DNA of 64,000 nt from an uncultured Bacteroidota bacterium (GTDB taxonomy: Bacteria; Bacteroidota; Bacteroidia; Bacteroidales; P3): the NCBI GenBank assembly GCA_902784465.1, contig CACZUZ010000008.1:2963-66962 (forward strand), given 5' to 3'. Position numbers and translations under genes: made by a program. The notes under the pieces were generated by a model. It worked only from the letters and a program-made list of their open reading frames with translations. It was not told the origin of the DNA and ran no database searches. Each line of letters begins with the position of its first letter. Position 1 is the stretch's first letter. This document shows, in pieces, positions 42,976 to 52,506 of this stretch.

Positions 42976-43583
42976 ATGAAACTAACAGAGTTAAAGGATG
43001 TTATTGAAATGCAAATGGATGCTTTGTCATCTAATTTGGGTATGCCGCGAACTTTGACACCAACTATTGAACACCAAATTGAAGGTTTTGCCACCGTTAT
43101 TTCAGGCATCCGTCGATGCGGAAAAAGCACCATTATGGCCCAGGTCATAAACAAAACTCCCGAACCAAACATCTACCTGAATTTTGACACACCTAGGTTG
43201 AGCAACTTCACCCTGAATGACTTTGAACTGGTCGATGCATTAGCTAAAAAACTCAATGCAAAACATTTGTTTTTCGACGAAATTCAACTTGTTCATGGTT
43301 GGGAAAACTACGTCCGAAGCACACTCGACAATGCATCGTATGCACAAAAAACACACCTACTCTCGCCTGCCAAGTATGCTATGAACTAGACCGCGACAAC
43401 GAGGCTCGCGAGATTGACGGACTGCTCAACGCTATGGAAAACCTTAATATCGCCACGGGACTTATCCTTACATTCAATCAGACCGACACTATAACAAAAA
43501 ACAATCATAAAATTGAGGTCTTGCCAGCATGGAAATACTTTAGCATAAATCACCCCTGTACCAATCGTACACCATTGTGCTAA
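42976..43583 (+). pseudogene. decayed AAA ATPase (AAA_14 + DUF4143 family) with an internal deletion/frameshift
   Basis: The N-terminal frame (42976..43389) has Walker A GIRRCGKST and LFFDEIQLVHGWE. The C-terminal frame (43299..43583) has QVCYELDRDNEAREIDGLL.A. The central part expected for this family is missing. Confidence 0.6.
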
Positions 43584-43966
43584 TCGTTTTGTATCAATTC
43601 TATGATGCTTCTATCCGCCGGCAACCAATTGACGCTTGCAAGCTCGTCTTTCCTGAGCCACCGTGCCGCCTTGTGTTCGTTCAAGCGGAGGGTGTCCGAC
43701 CGCAGCGTGCAGAGGTAGCAATGCATTGTCAGATGGAACTTCGGGTAGTCGTACTCCACCGTGCAGAGCAACGCCTCTACTCCGATTTCGGCAGAAAGCT
43801 CCTCGCGAATCTCTCGTTTCAGAGCCTCCTCTGATGTCTCGCCTGGCTCAATCTTCCCTCCGGGGAATTCCCACCAATCCTTCCACTCGCCATAACCGCG
43901 CTGCGTGGCGAAGACGCGACCCTCGGCATCGCGTATGATTGCAGCCACAACTTCGACTTGTTTCAT
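43580..43966 (-). CDS. mutT: NUDIX hydrolase (MutT-type 8-oxo-dGTP / CTP pyrophosphohydrolase)
   Basis: 128 aa with Nudix box GGKIEPGETSEEALKREIREEL and a WEFPGG context. Confidence 0.75.
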   Translation of the reverse strand: MKQVEVVAAIIRDAEGRVFATQRGYGEWKDWWEFPGGKIEPGETSEEALKREIREELSAEIGVEALLCTVEYDYPKFHLTMHCYLCTLRSDTLRLNEHKAARWLRKDELASVNWLPADRSIIELIQND

Positions 43967-44139
43967 GATAAACCCTTGTTTTTCAAATCATTTATGATAA
44001 CGACAAATACAGGTGAGAAGCCTTGCGTTGCAAGAACATATTGCTCAGCAGTTTCGATCCCTGCCGAAGTGCCCGTATCAGCTCCTTTATCGACCTAAAA
44101 GCTGCCATTTTACCGTTCTTCCAATCCTTTGTCGAATTG

Positions 44140-44733
44140 CTATCTAATATCCAGAATTTTATGAATCTGGAGCGAGAGTCGCCACTGCGGGTTTTGCTTG
44201 ACGTAATCTATTGCGGCCTGCACAATAGCGGTGTTGCGGGTTGGGTCGCCGGTATCGCATGGCTGAAGGAATAGGCGTTCCACTGTAGTGGCAGCGAGGC
44301 TACGACACTGCGAGGAAGGGTCGTGGATGCCATCGAAAACGACCTTGATCTCGTCGGCACGGGTGATGACGGGCAAGGCCCGAGCGCCGACGAAAGCATC
44401 CTTTGGCGAGAGGGTAATCCAGTCGACATTGTCGGGCAAGGCATGGGTGCCATTGGTCTCGACAGCCACATATTTCCCTTCGAAATGGAGCTTGTCGACC
44501 AGCGAGGCAGTGAGCTGCAAGGCTGGCTCACCTCCTGTGACAACCACATGACGCGCAGGGTATTGGCAGACCTCGGAGACAATGGCTTCCTCGGTCATCT
44601 CGGTACCCGACTCATGCTGCGTGTCGCAGAAAGGGCAACGGAGGTTGCAGCCACTCAGCCGCACGAAGATGGAAGGGGCTCCGCTGTAGAACCCTTCACC
44701 CTGCAGGGAATAGAATATCTCGTTTACTTTCAT
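44140..44733 (-). CDS. queE: 7-carboxy-7-deazaguanine synthase (radical SAM)
   Basis: 197 aa. It has FYSLQGEG...G.PSIFVRLSGCNLRCPFCDT and lies in a queC-queD-queE order. Confidence 0.85.
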   Translation of the reverse strand: MKVNEIFYSLQGEGFYSGAPSIFVRLSGCNLRCPFCDTQHESGTEMTEEAIVSEVCQYPARHVVVTGGEPALQLTASLVDKLHFEGKYVAVETNGTHALPDNVDWITLSPKDAFVGARALPVITRADEIKVVFDGIHDPSSQCRSLAATTVERLFLQPCDTGDPTRNTAIVQAAIDYVKQNPQWRLSLQIHKILDIR

Positions 44734-44743
44734 CGGACGATTG

Positions 44744-45079
44744 TCAACTGTCTACTTCGTATGTCGCCGTATTGCCGCTGGTTTCCTGCACGTCGACGCG
44801 GTAGCAGTTAGGCACCTGTTGCTGGCACCAGCGCGCAATGTTCTCGGCAGTAGGGTTGCAGCCGATGATGTCGTTTATCACTTTATGGTCGAGCTGGTCG
44901 ACGATGCTTTTTTTGATGTGAGAGAAGTCTACAACCATGCCGTTGTTATCGAGCTCGCGGCTCTTGCAGTAGATGGTAATCTGCCAGTTGTGGCCATGCA
45001 GCTCGGTACACTTGCTCGGGTAGTCGAGTTCGAGACGGTGTGCACCGGAGACTTCTATATGTTTGGTTACGTAATACAT
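44744..45079 (-). CDS. queD: 6-carboxy-5,6,7,8-tetrahydropterin synthase
   Basis: 111 aa with the PTPS pattern ..SGAHRL......C..LHGHNW and DH..IND. Confidence 0.85.
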   Translation of the reverse strand: MYYVTKHIEVSGAHRLELDYPSKCTELHGHNWQITIYCKSRELDNNGMVVDFSHIKKSIVDQLDHKVINDIIGCNPTAENIARWCQQQVPNCYRVDVQETSGNTATYEVDS

Positions 45080-45156
45080 TGGTGAATTGTGGGTTGTGAA
45101 TTGTGAATTGACGAACGACCTGAAACTTGCAGTTTGAAACCTGAAACAAACATCTT

Positions 45157-45816
45157 TCAGCTCTCATATTGTGTCGGGTCGGGGATACCGGCTAGGCGGA
45201 AGGCGTCGCGCCGCTCGGTACAGGTGCCGCAGGTGCCGCAATGCCGTTCGCCGCCACGGTAGCAGGAATAGGTTTTACCATAGTCGATGCCGAGGACGGC
45301 ACCACGACGGACAATGTCGGCCTTGCTGATGTCGGTATAGGGGGCCACAAGCCGCACCCCGTCGTAGGTGCCTGCCTGCATAGCACCATCCATGGCAGCC
45401 ACGAAGCCGGGACGGCAGTCGGGATAGATGGCGTGGTCGCCGCCATGGTTGGCGATGAGTACCCGTTTCAGCCCGCGACTCTCGGCGAGACCGCAGGCCA
45501 CGGAGAGCATGATGCCGTTGCGGAAAGGCACCACAGTGCTTTTCATGTTGGCCTCGTCGTAGTTGCCGCTGGGGATGGCGTCGGCCCCGCTGAGCAGCGA
45601 CGAGTTGAAGTATCGGCCCATGAAGGCCAGCTCTATCACCAGATGCTCGATGGCGAGGGCCTCGCAATGGTGACGGGCACATGCTATCTCGCGACGAGCA
45701 TGGTTGCTGCCATAGTCGAAGGTGACGGCCAACGCAATACGTGCCTGCTCCTCGTAGAGCAGCGTGGTAGAATCCAACCCACCGGAGTAGATAATTACAG
45801 AATCTTTTTCAGGCAT
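45157..45816 (-). CDS. queC: 7-cyano-7-deazaguanine synthase
   Basis: 219 aa with a PP-loop (IIYSGGLDSTT) and a C-terminal Zn cluster C.....HCGTCGTCTER. Confidence 0.9.
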   Translation of the reverse strand: MPEKDSVIIYSGGLDSTTLLYEEQARIALAVTFDYGSNHARREIACARHHCEALAIEHLVIELAFMGRYFNSSLLSGADAIPSGNYDEANMKSTVVPFRNGIMLSVACGLAESRGLKRVLIANHGGDHAIYPDCRPGFVAAMDGAMQAGTYDGVRLVAPYTDISKADIVRRGAVLGIDYGKTYSCYRGGERHCGTCGTCTERRDAFRLAGIPDPTQYES

Positions 45817-46946
45817 TATTTCATTTTATTGTAGTTGTCCAGGTCGGCGAGCTTCAGGAAACCCCATTTGCCGTTCTGTCTCACGGCAGCATAACCCTCG
45901 TGGAACGACCTTACTTTTTCGTATTTCATCGGGATGACAACCTTGCCGTTGACATTGATGAAACCATATTTGCCATCCCGGGCAACGACAGCATAGCATT
46001 CGGAGAAAGACTCGATACCGTCGAACAGTTCCTCTTCGACCACCCAGTTGCCGTCGTGGTCGATGATACCGCGGTTTGCAATCATGCCCGACTCGCCGGG
46101 AGACGACTGGCTGACGACGGCACGGCTACAGGAAAACGGCTGGGCAAGAGTGTAGCGGCATGGTATCACGATGCGGCCACTCATGTCCATGTAGCCGTAG
46201 CGGTCGCCCTGTTTGACGACACAGAGTCCCTCGGAAAACTGGGGTCCGAACCACATGTCGCTCATCGGTATCTTCAGGTTGCCAAGGGTGTCGATGAAGC
46301 CATAGCGGTCGCCTATCTTGACTCGCGCAAGACCTTCGTGGAACTCCTCTATCTCGTCGTAAGGGAGGTTGCCCGAAGTGGCCTTGAACATCCTGTTCAG
46401 CACCTGCCAATTGCCGGGCCTCACCATTACGGCCGCATGACCTTCGCTGAAACTCCGGGCACCGTAGAAGCGTGGCTCGCCGACAGACTGCCCTTTGGTG
46501 TCGATATAGGTATACCTGTAATGGCCTCCGCCTGTCACATCGACGCCCACCACAGCATAGCCTTCGCTGAATTGTTTGGGGAAATGGTAATACTGCCGGG
46601 TGAGATTGTCGCCTTTCTTGTCGATGAATACATAGTCGCCATCAGTGGGATTGACCTGCACAGCGGCGAAACCATTACTGTATGGCTGCATGTTGGGGAA
46701 CTGCTTGTTGAAAGCGGGCTTGCCATTGGTGTCGATGAAGGTATGGAACTGGCCTCTCTGAATCGTGACACAGGCCATCCCCTCGGAGAAATCGAGGGCC
46801 ACTTCGTCGAACTGAGGTTCGATGGCCATCGTGTAGCTGGCATTGCGGTTGCCAGGATTGGGGGCACGGTAGCCCACCAACTGTGCCTGTGCAATGGATG
46901 CTAATGAAAAAAAGGCGGTAGCGATAATCAAAAATAGTTTTTTCAT
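45816..46946 (-). CDS. WG-repeat (KWG) secreted protein, paralogue 2
   Basis: 376 aa with signal peptide MKKLFLIIATAFFSLASIAQAQ. It shares long identical runs with 30937..32064. Its stop TAA shares one base with the queC ATG (TAATG at 45814..45818). Confidence 0.8.
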   Translation of the reverse strand: MKKLFLIIATAFFSLASIAQAQLVGYRAPNPGNRNASYTMAIEPQFDEVALDFSEGMACVTIQRGQFHTFIDTNGKPAFNKQFPNMQPYSNGFAAVQVNPTDGDYVFIDKKGDNLTRQYYHFPKQFSEGYAVVGVDVTGGGHYRYTYIDTKGQSVGEPRFYGARSFSEGHAAVMVRPGNWQVLNRMFKATSGNLPYDEIEEFHEGLARVKIGDRYGFIDTLGNLKIPMSDMWFGPQFSEGLCVVKQGDRYGYMDMSGRIVIPCRYTLAQPFSCSRAVVSQSSPGESGMIANRGIIDHDGNWVVEEELFDGIESFSECYAVVARDGKYGFINVNGKVVIPMKYEKVRSFHEGYAAVRQNGKWGFLKLADLDNYNKMK

Positions 46947-47196
46947 GACGTTGAAAATGTGTTAAAAAAGAATGAGTCTATGCTGTAGTTTGGTTTGCCG
47001 GCTATAAGCTTGGAATAGCCAACTTAAGTTTAGCAGGTGTTTTTTTTATAAAAAAGTGGCAGAAAAAAAATTGCACATATTACTGAATTTTAGTAATTTC
47101 ACAAAACATTTCACAACAATTGCCCTACCATGCCACTCCGCAAAATTACAAAAAAGATTTCTGAAATCGGAAAGTATTTCGCTTCGAGGTGGGATG

Positions 47197-47703
47197 TCAC
47201 CCCTCGTGCACCCATTCCCCTAAGGCACGAAGGTAGTCGTGGTATTCGCGCTCAATTGAACTGCCGTTGTATACAGGCCAGAGATTGGGGTCTCGTTTAC
47301 AAAAGTCGATACAGCGGAGGTTATAGCGTAGAAACTCTTGCACGTTGCGGTGCCAGAATAACGTCTCATGTGGATTGAGCCACTGTGCATCCTCGAACTC
47401 GAAACCGGCATCCTCATCGGGCAATACATAGAGGGCTGCCCTCATCATCTCTTTCAAGGCCTCAAGATGGTGTCCCTGCTGCCAAGCACGGTCGGCCTCA
47501 TACTCGTAGCATCGACATGTATCGCGGATTATGGCACAGCTGCCATACCAATTTTCATCGCCCTCACGCAAATCGTTGTGGTAGTTCCACATTGCTCGTC
47601 CGTAGTCGTCGACCTGACGGAACACTGACGGAATGATATTTGTTCGCTCTCCATCACTCCAAGCCATCATTTTTCGGTTAATTTTGATTCTTTTTCTTTT
47701 CAT
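47197..47703 (-). CDS. hypothetical cytoplasmic protein
   Basis: Track ORF 47197..47760. The likely start is ATG 47703 (MKRKRIKINRK..) or the MMAWS ATG at 47670. It is rich in W/Y/E/D/C and no family was recognised. Confidence 0.45.
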   Translation of the reverse strand: MKRKRIKINRKMMAWSDGERTNIIPSVFRQVDDYGRAMWNYHNDLREGDENWYGSCAIIRDTCRCYEYEADRAWQQGHHLEALKEMMRAALYVLPDEDAGFEFEDAQWLNPHETLFWHRNVQEFLRYNLRCIDFCKRDPNLWPVYNGSSIEREYHDYLRALGEWVHEG

Positions 47704-48066
47704 GATATTAGTTTTCTTAAAAGGTTTATAACAATTGTTTTTATGCATCACTATGCACACAGAAGGAAATCTGTCAAATTACCCGATATGTCAAAGAACT
47801 CACCTTGCAGAAAGGGACACAGCACCCCCTGCAAAAGGTTGTTTTGGGCAACCTAAACAGTAGTCATTCCTTAAACAAATGATTGATTATTAGAAAACTA
47901 ACATATATTCATTTCTCTTTGACAACGATACAAAGGTAGAACTTTTTTAATAATCTCCAAAATTTCTGTATTTTTGCACCACAGAACAACTTAGTAAGAT
48001 GTAAAAAATAACATGAGGAATCTGTAGTTCAATGGACTTGGATCGGATTCCGATTTGATTGTCGCC

Positions 48067-49089
48067 ATGAAGTCAAAACACCGTGTTGTAATTGTTGGAG
48101 CAGGCCCTGCGGGGAGCGTATGCGGCTACCTGCTGAAGAAAGCCGGCATAGAATGCGTCATCGTGGATTTCGCAACCTTCCCGCGCGACAAAATCTGTGG
48201 CGGAGGACTTACACCCAAGGCCTATGCCTTGCTTCAGGAGCTGGAGCCCAGACTTCGCTACAAGTACCAAGGTGTAAACCGTTTCCGACTGATGATGGAC
48301 GGCAAGACGCTTTGCGTGGTCAACCTGGACAAGGAACTGAGAATGGTGCAACGCAAAGACTTTGACTACAAACTGCTTAAACAGTACTTGGAGGCCGGGG
48401 GTGAGACAATCAAGGACTCGTTCTCTTCGTTCGAGGAGTTGGACAATGGGGGCATCGACGTGACTCTCGCTTCGGGAAGGCATCTGCTTTGCGACTACCT
48501 GGTTGCCGCCGACGGCTCCAACAGCCGTGTACGCAGGCAATTGCCGGGAAAGAATAGCGGCAACACACTCTGGATGGAGCAATATGTAGCCAAGAGCACT
48601 AACGAGTTTGTTTTCGAGTTTTCAAACAGTTACAAGAAGGGATACTTCTTCAGCTTCCCCGGAATGGAACACGACGCCATAGGCATGGGCGGATTTTATT
48701 CATCGCCAAAAGAGATACGCAACCAACTGGATAGCAATACCATAAGAACGAGTGACCGCAACCAAGGGGGAAGGCTGGTGGGAGCCAACATCTCGATCGA
48801 CACCGTCGATTCGGGCAAGGACAACGTCCTACTTATCGGCGATGCCGGTGGCTTTGCCAACAAGCTGACTTACGAGGGGTTGTATTACGCCATAGCAACG
48901 GCAAGGAATGCCTGCAACGCCATCGTGGAAGGGAAAATCTTCGCTGTCGCAAACCGCCACATGTTCCGGCGCAAAAGGAAAGAAATCTTTATTGCCAACC
49001 TGTGCTACAGCCGATTGGGGCTATGGCTCTGCAAACTGGCCGCCCACAGCCCTTACATCATCAAGAAAGCATTCGAGAAATACTATTGA
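48067..49089 (+). CDS. FAD-dependent oxidoreductase (geranylgeranyl-reductase family)
   Basis: Inner ATG at 48067. It has a dinucleotide-binding motif VVIVGAGPAGSVCGYLLKKAG, then FPRDKICGGGL and GDAGGF. Confidence 0.75.
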   Translation: MKSKHRVVIVGAGPAGSVCGYLLKKAGIECVIVDFATFPRDKICGGGLTPKAYALLQELEPRLRYKYQGVNRFRLMMDGKTLCVVNLDKELRMVQRKDFDYKLLKQYLEAGGETIKDSFSSFEELDNGGIDVTLASGRHLLCDYLVAADGSNSRVRRQLPGKNSGNTLWMEQYVAKSTNEFVFEFSNSYKKGYFFSFPGMEHDAIGMGGFYSSPKEIRNQLDSNTIRTSDRNQGGRLVGANISIDTVDSGKDNVLLIGDAGGFANKLTYEGLYYAIATARNACNAIVEGKIFAVANRHMFRRKRKEIFIANLCYSRLGLWLCKLAAHSPYIIKKAFEKYY

Positions 49090-49112
49090 CAACCAACAGC
49101 ATATATACAAAC

Positions 49113-49997
49113 ATGAAACAGTATACAATAAAAGAAGGATACATGCCCTATCTGGGCTATCAGACATATTACCGCATCGTCGGTGAACCGTCAAGCAAAC
49201 CCGCATTGCTGCTGCTCCACGGCGGCCCCGGAAGCACACACAACTACTTCGAGGTTCTTGACCGTATAGCCGACACTGGCCGCCAGGTGATTTCATACGA
49301 CCAGTTAGGGTGCGGCAACTCCTATCTCGATGGACACCCAGAGCTTTGGACACAAGAGACATGGATTAACGAGCTTATCGCTCTTCGCCAGCATCTGCAC
49401 CTCGACCAGATACATCTCCTCGGCCAGTCGTGGGGTGCCATGCAGGCAATAGCATATATCATCGACCAGCGGCCACAGGGCATCAAGTCGGTGATTCTCT
49501 CGTCGGGTCACGCTTCCAGCTCGCTGTGGGCAAGCGAGCAGCACCGCCTCATCAAATATATGTCGGCAGAAGACCAGGAAGCCATCAGTCGCGCTGAGGC
49601 CACCGGCAAGTGGGACGACCCCGACTATCTGCGCGCCAACGAACACTATTATGAACGCTATGTGATAAGCGTCGATGACAACTCGCCCGAATGCCTCCGC
49701 CGTCCCAAACGTGCAGGCAACGAGGCCTACCTCTACGGCTGGGGTCCCAACGAGTATCAGCCCTTAGGCGATTTGAAGGATTTCGAATACACCGACCGTC
49801 TCCACGAAATCGAGCAGCCCTGCCTGATTTGCAGCGGCACTCGCGACATCTGCACTCCTGTGGTGGCAGCATCGCTCTATGAGAATATCCCCAACAGCCG
49901 CTGGGAGGTCTTCAAAAGGGCTCGCCACACCTGCTTCGTCGAACAGACCGACAGATACTGCGAAATCCTTGAGAAATGGCTGAAAGAAAACGACTAA
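49113..49997 (+). CDS. pip: proline iminopeptidase (alpha/beta hydrolase)
   Basis: Inner ATG at 49113. It has LLLLHGGPGSTH, a nucleophile elbow LLGQSWGA and a late H in RARHTCFVE. Confidence 0.8.
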   Translation: MKQYTIKEGYMPYLGYQTYYRIVGEPSSKPALLLLHGGPGSTHNYFEVLDRIADTGRQVISYDQLGCGNSYLDGHPELWTQETWINELIALRQHLHLDQIHLLGQSWGAMQAIAYIIDQRPQGIKSVILSSGHASSSLWASEQHRLIKYMSAEDQEAISRAEATGKWDDPDYLRANEHYYERYVISVDDNSPECLRRPKRAGNEAYLYGWGPNEYQPLGDLKDFEYTDRLHEIEQPCLICSGTRDICTPVVAASLYENIPNSRWEVFKRARHTCFVEQTDRYCEILEKWLKEND

Positions 49998-50104
49998 AGG
50001 AAACCACTACCGTTTCGACAATACTGCCATGAACATCATCAACATAACCCCAGACCAAACCTGGCACCCCACCTACTGAGACCCATAATCGAAACTATGA
50101 AGCA

Positions 50105-51271
50105 ATGATTATCAGATTAGAACAACCACAAGACTACCGCGAGGTGGAGAACCTTACTCGCGAAGCGTTCTGGAACGTCTATCGTCCTGGATGCACCGAA
50201 CATTACGTGCTCAACCAATATCGAAACAACACCGCTTTTATCCCCGAGCTGGATCTGGTGATGGAGGAAGATGGCCGCATAATTGGTCACATTATGTTTT
50301 CGAAAGCCGAAATCACGCTGACCGACGGCTCAACATTCCCCTCTTGGACTTTCGGCCCCATCAGCATCCACCCCGACTACAAGCGTAAGGGTTACGGACT
50401 GAAGCTGCTGCAGTATGCGTTGGCTAAAGCCAAAGCGATGGGCATTGGTCTGCTCTGCATGGAAGGAAATATCAACTTCTACAAGCATGCCGGTTTCGAC
50501 CTCGCCAGCAAGCTGAACATCCACTACCACGACATGCCGGCAGACGACGATGTACCCTTCTTCCTTGCACAGGAGCTTATCCCCGGCTACTGGAGCGGCC
50601 GCGAGGGCACCTACTGTCCACCCAAAGGCTATTTCATGGCAGATGAAAACCCTGTGGCTTTCGAGGCCTACGACAAAACCTTCCCCAAGAAGGCGAGAGT
50701 CTTCAACAAAGGACAGTTACCGCCTTTTGCCGATAAAGCAAAACTGGTGATGCAGACCGAGCGGTTGACACTTCGCCCCTGGATGGATAGCGATGCCGAA
50801 TCTCTCTTCAAGTATGCCTCCGACCCCGAAGTGGGGCCACGAGCTGGCTGGCCTCCGCACAAGAGCGTGGAGGAGAGCCTCGAGATTATCCGCACGCTCT
50901 TCCATAGCGACCATATATGGGCCATCGAACTGAAAGAGACCGGCGAGCCTATCGGCTGCATCGGCTACTACACCCATGGCGAGAGCAATATCGACATCGG
51001 CGAAAAAGATGTTGAGGTAGGCTATTGGGTGGCGCGACCCTACTGGAACCGCGGCATCTGCACGGAGGCCCTACGGCTGCTCGTTGACTACTGCTTCAAC
51101 GAGAAAGAATTCAACACCCTATGGGCAGACTATTTTCCCGACAATCCCGCATCTGGCAAGGTGCTGGAAAAACTTGGTTTTCGCGACACCGGTGACATCA
51201 ATTATTGCAGCCGCCTGCAGATAGGCAACGACAAACCCGTCCGCATCATGAAACTAGAAAAAAAAGACTAA
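50105..51271 (+). CDS. fused double GNAT N-acetyltransferase
   Basis: 388 aa. The N-half is YhbS-like GNAT (..GHIMFS...RKGYGLKLL..A). The C-half is RimJ/RimL-like (MQTERLTLRPW...YW.ARPYWNRGI.TEA). Confidence 0.75.
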   Translation: MIIRLEQPQDYREVENLTREAFWNVYRPGCTEHYVLNQYRNNTAFIPELDLVMEEDGRIIGHIMFSKAEITLTDGSTFPSWTFGPISIHPDYKRKGYGLKLLQYALAKAKAMGIGLLCMEGNINFYKHAGFDLASKLNIHYHDMPADDDVPFFLAQELIPGYWSGREGTYCPPKGYFMADENPVAFEAYDKTFPKKARVFNKGQLPPFADKAKLVMQTERLTLRPWMDSDAESLFKYASDPEVGPRAGWPPHKSVEESLEIIRTLFHSDHIWAIELKETGEPIGCIGYYTHGESNIDIGEKDVEVGYWVARPYWNRGICTEALRLLVDYCFNEKEFNTLWADYFPDNPASGKVLEKLGFRDTGDINYCSRLQIGNDKPVRIMKLEKKD

Positions 51272-51355
51272 TAAAACTTCAGAAGTAATTATAATTTGTC
51301 CTATTTAACTTCATCTTTTACTTCCAATTTAACTCCATAAACTTGAAACTACAAA

Positions 51356-52459
51356 ATGAACAGGAAACATTGGATTGATAATCTGCGTTGGGTGACAGTG
51401 CTGCTGGTGCTGCTCTACCACGTCATCTATTTCTACAACAACAAGGGCGTCTTCGGCGGCGTGGGCGGTTTCGGCGACGGGCCGCAGTATCAGGACGTGC
51501 TGATGTACGTGCTCTATCCCTGGTTTATGCCGCTGCTGTTCCTGCTGGCTGGCATTGGTTCGCGCTATGCTCTTGAGCGGAAGACGGCTAAAGAGTGGCT
51601 TGGGGCCAGAACCCGCAAACTCCTCGTGCCCGCCACCATCGGTCTTTTCGTCTTCCAGTGGATTACGGGCTATTTCAATACCCATGTGGCCGGCACCGAC
51701 GTGATGGCTGCTGTGCCGCAGCCGGAGAAGTACTTCATGTGGTGCGTCAGCGGTATCGGGCCGCTGTGGTTCATACAGGATCTGTGGTTTTTCTCGCTGA
51801 TACTGCTTCTGATACGGAAAATCCCATGCTCCGCAAGATCTTGTAAATTATTCGCTTCGCGGGAATGGCTGCTTGTTGTCGCGCTTGCGCTGCTCGGTGT
51901 GCTGTTCTGGCTCGGTCAGCAGACGCTCATCTTCAATCCGCGTCCCGAGAGTCTCGACGGCCTCTGGAACCTCTATAAGCCTGTCTTCTACTTCATCATC
52001 TTTTTGCTGGGCTACTATGTCTTCAGCCGAGACGAGGTGCAGGAGACGCTGGGCAAAGCCTGGATTCCCCTTATGGCTGCCGCCGTCATCTCCGGCACTG
52101 TCCTCACCGTCACCACCTTCGGGCAGAACAACACCATCCCGCAGTATATGAGCACCCCGCTCAACTGCCTCTACGGCTGGCTGATGTGTCTCGCCATGAT
52201 GGGCTGGTTCAAAGCTAAGTTCGACAAGACCAACGCCTTTGCCGGATACATGACGCGCTCCAGCTTCGGCCTCTATATCGTCCACTACCTCGTCGTCGCC
52301 AGCCTCGGCTACAAGATGAAGTTCTACACCCAGCTGCCGCCCGCGGCCATGTACGCCATACTGACAGTGGCTGTCTTTACCCTATCGCCGTTACTATATG
52401 AGGCTCTCCACCGCATCCCCTTCGTCCGCTGGTGCGTGCTGGGAATAAGAAAAAAGTGA
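51356..52459 (+). CDS. acyltransferase-3 family membrane protein
   Basis: 367 aa with about 10 TM segments and an N-terminal WIDNLRWVTVLLVLLYHV motif. Confidence 0.75.
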   Translation: MNRKHWIDNLRWVTVLLVLLYHVIYFYNNKGVFGGVGGFGDGPQYQDVLMYVLYPWFMPLLFLLAGIGSRYALERKTAKEWLGARTRKLLVPATIGLFVFQWITGYFNTHVAGTDVMAAVPQPEKYFMWCVSGIGPLWFIQDLWFFSLILLLIRKIPCSARSCKLFASREWLLVVALALLGVLFWLGQQTLIFNPRPESLDGLWNLYKPVFYFIIFLLGYYVFSRDEVQETLGKAWIPLMAAAVISGTVLTVTTFGQNNTIPQYMSTPLNCLYGWLMCLAMMGWFKAKFDKTNAFAGYMTRSSFGLYIVHYLVVASLGYKMKFYTQLPPAAMYAILTVAVFTLSPLLYEALHRIPFVRWCVLGIRKK

Positions 52460-52506
52460 ATAGTGACTGAGGATCTGGCAGTTTGTAATTATAAACATAA
52501 TATAGG

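Larger units (their letters stand above)
33385..43583. other. AT-rich genomic (defence-type) island without recognisable mobility genes
   Basis: The base composition visibly drops compared with both flanks. The left edge truncates a GNAT gene and the right edge abuts the mutT stop codon. The content is RhuM, a RhuM remnant, an McrB-like/AlbA_2/LlaJI-like trio, a DUF1016 nuclease and a decayed DUF4143 ATPase. Confidence 0.65.

Noticed and set aside
44140-45816. queCDE next to a defence island as a Dpd-like 7-deazaguanine DNA-modification system
   Set aside because: No dpdA/tgt-like transglycosylase or other dpd genes are present. The genes lie in GC-rich core-like DNA outside the island, and the queC-queD-queE order is the ordinary queuosine precursor cluster.
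48017-48054. tRNA-like fragment (ggaatctgtagttcaatggac..atcggattccgat)
   Set aside because: It resembles a D-arm plus a short stem, but there is no anticodon arm, no 7-nt T-loop and no acceptor pairing. It is too short to be a tRNA gene and may be a chance match or an old remnant.
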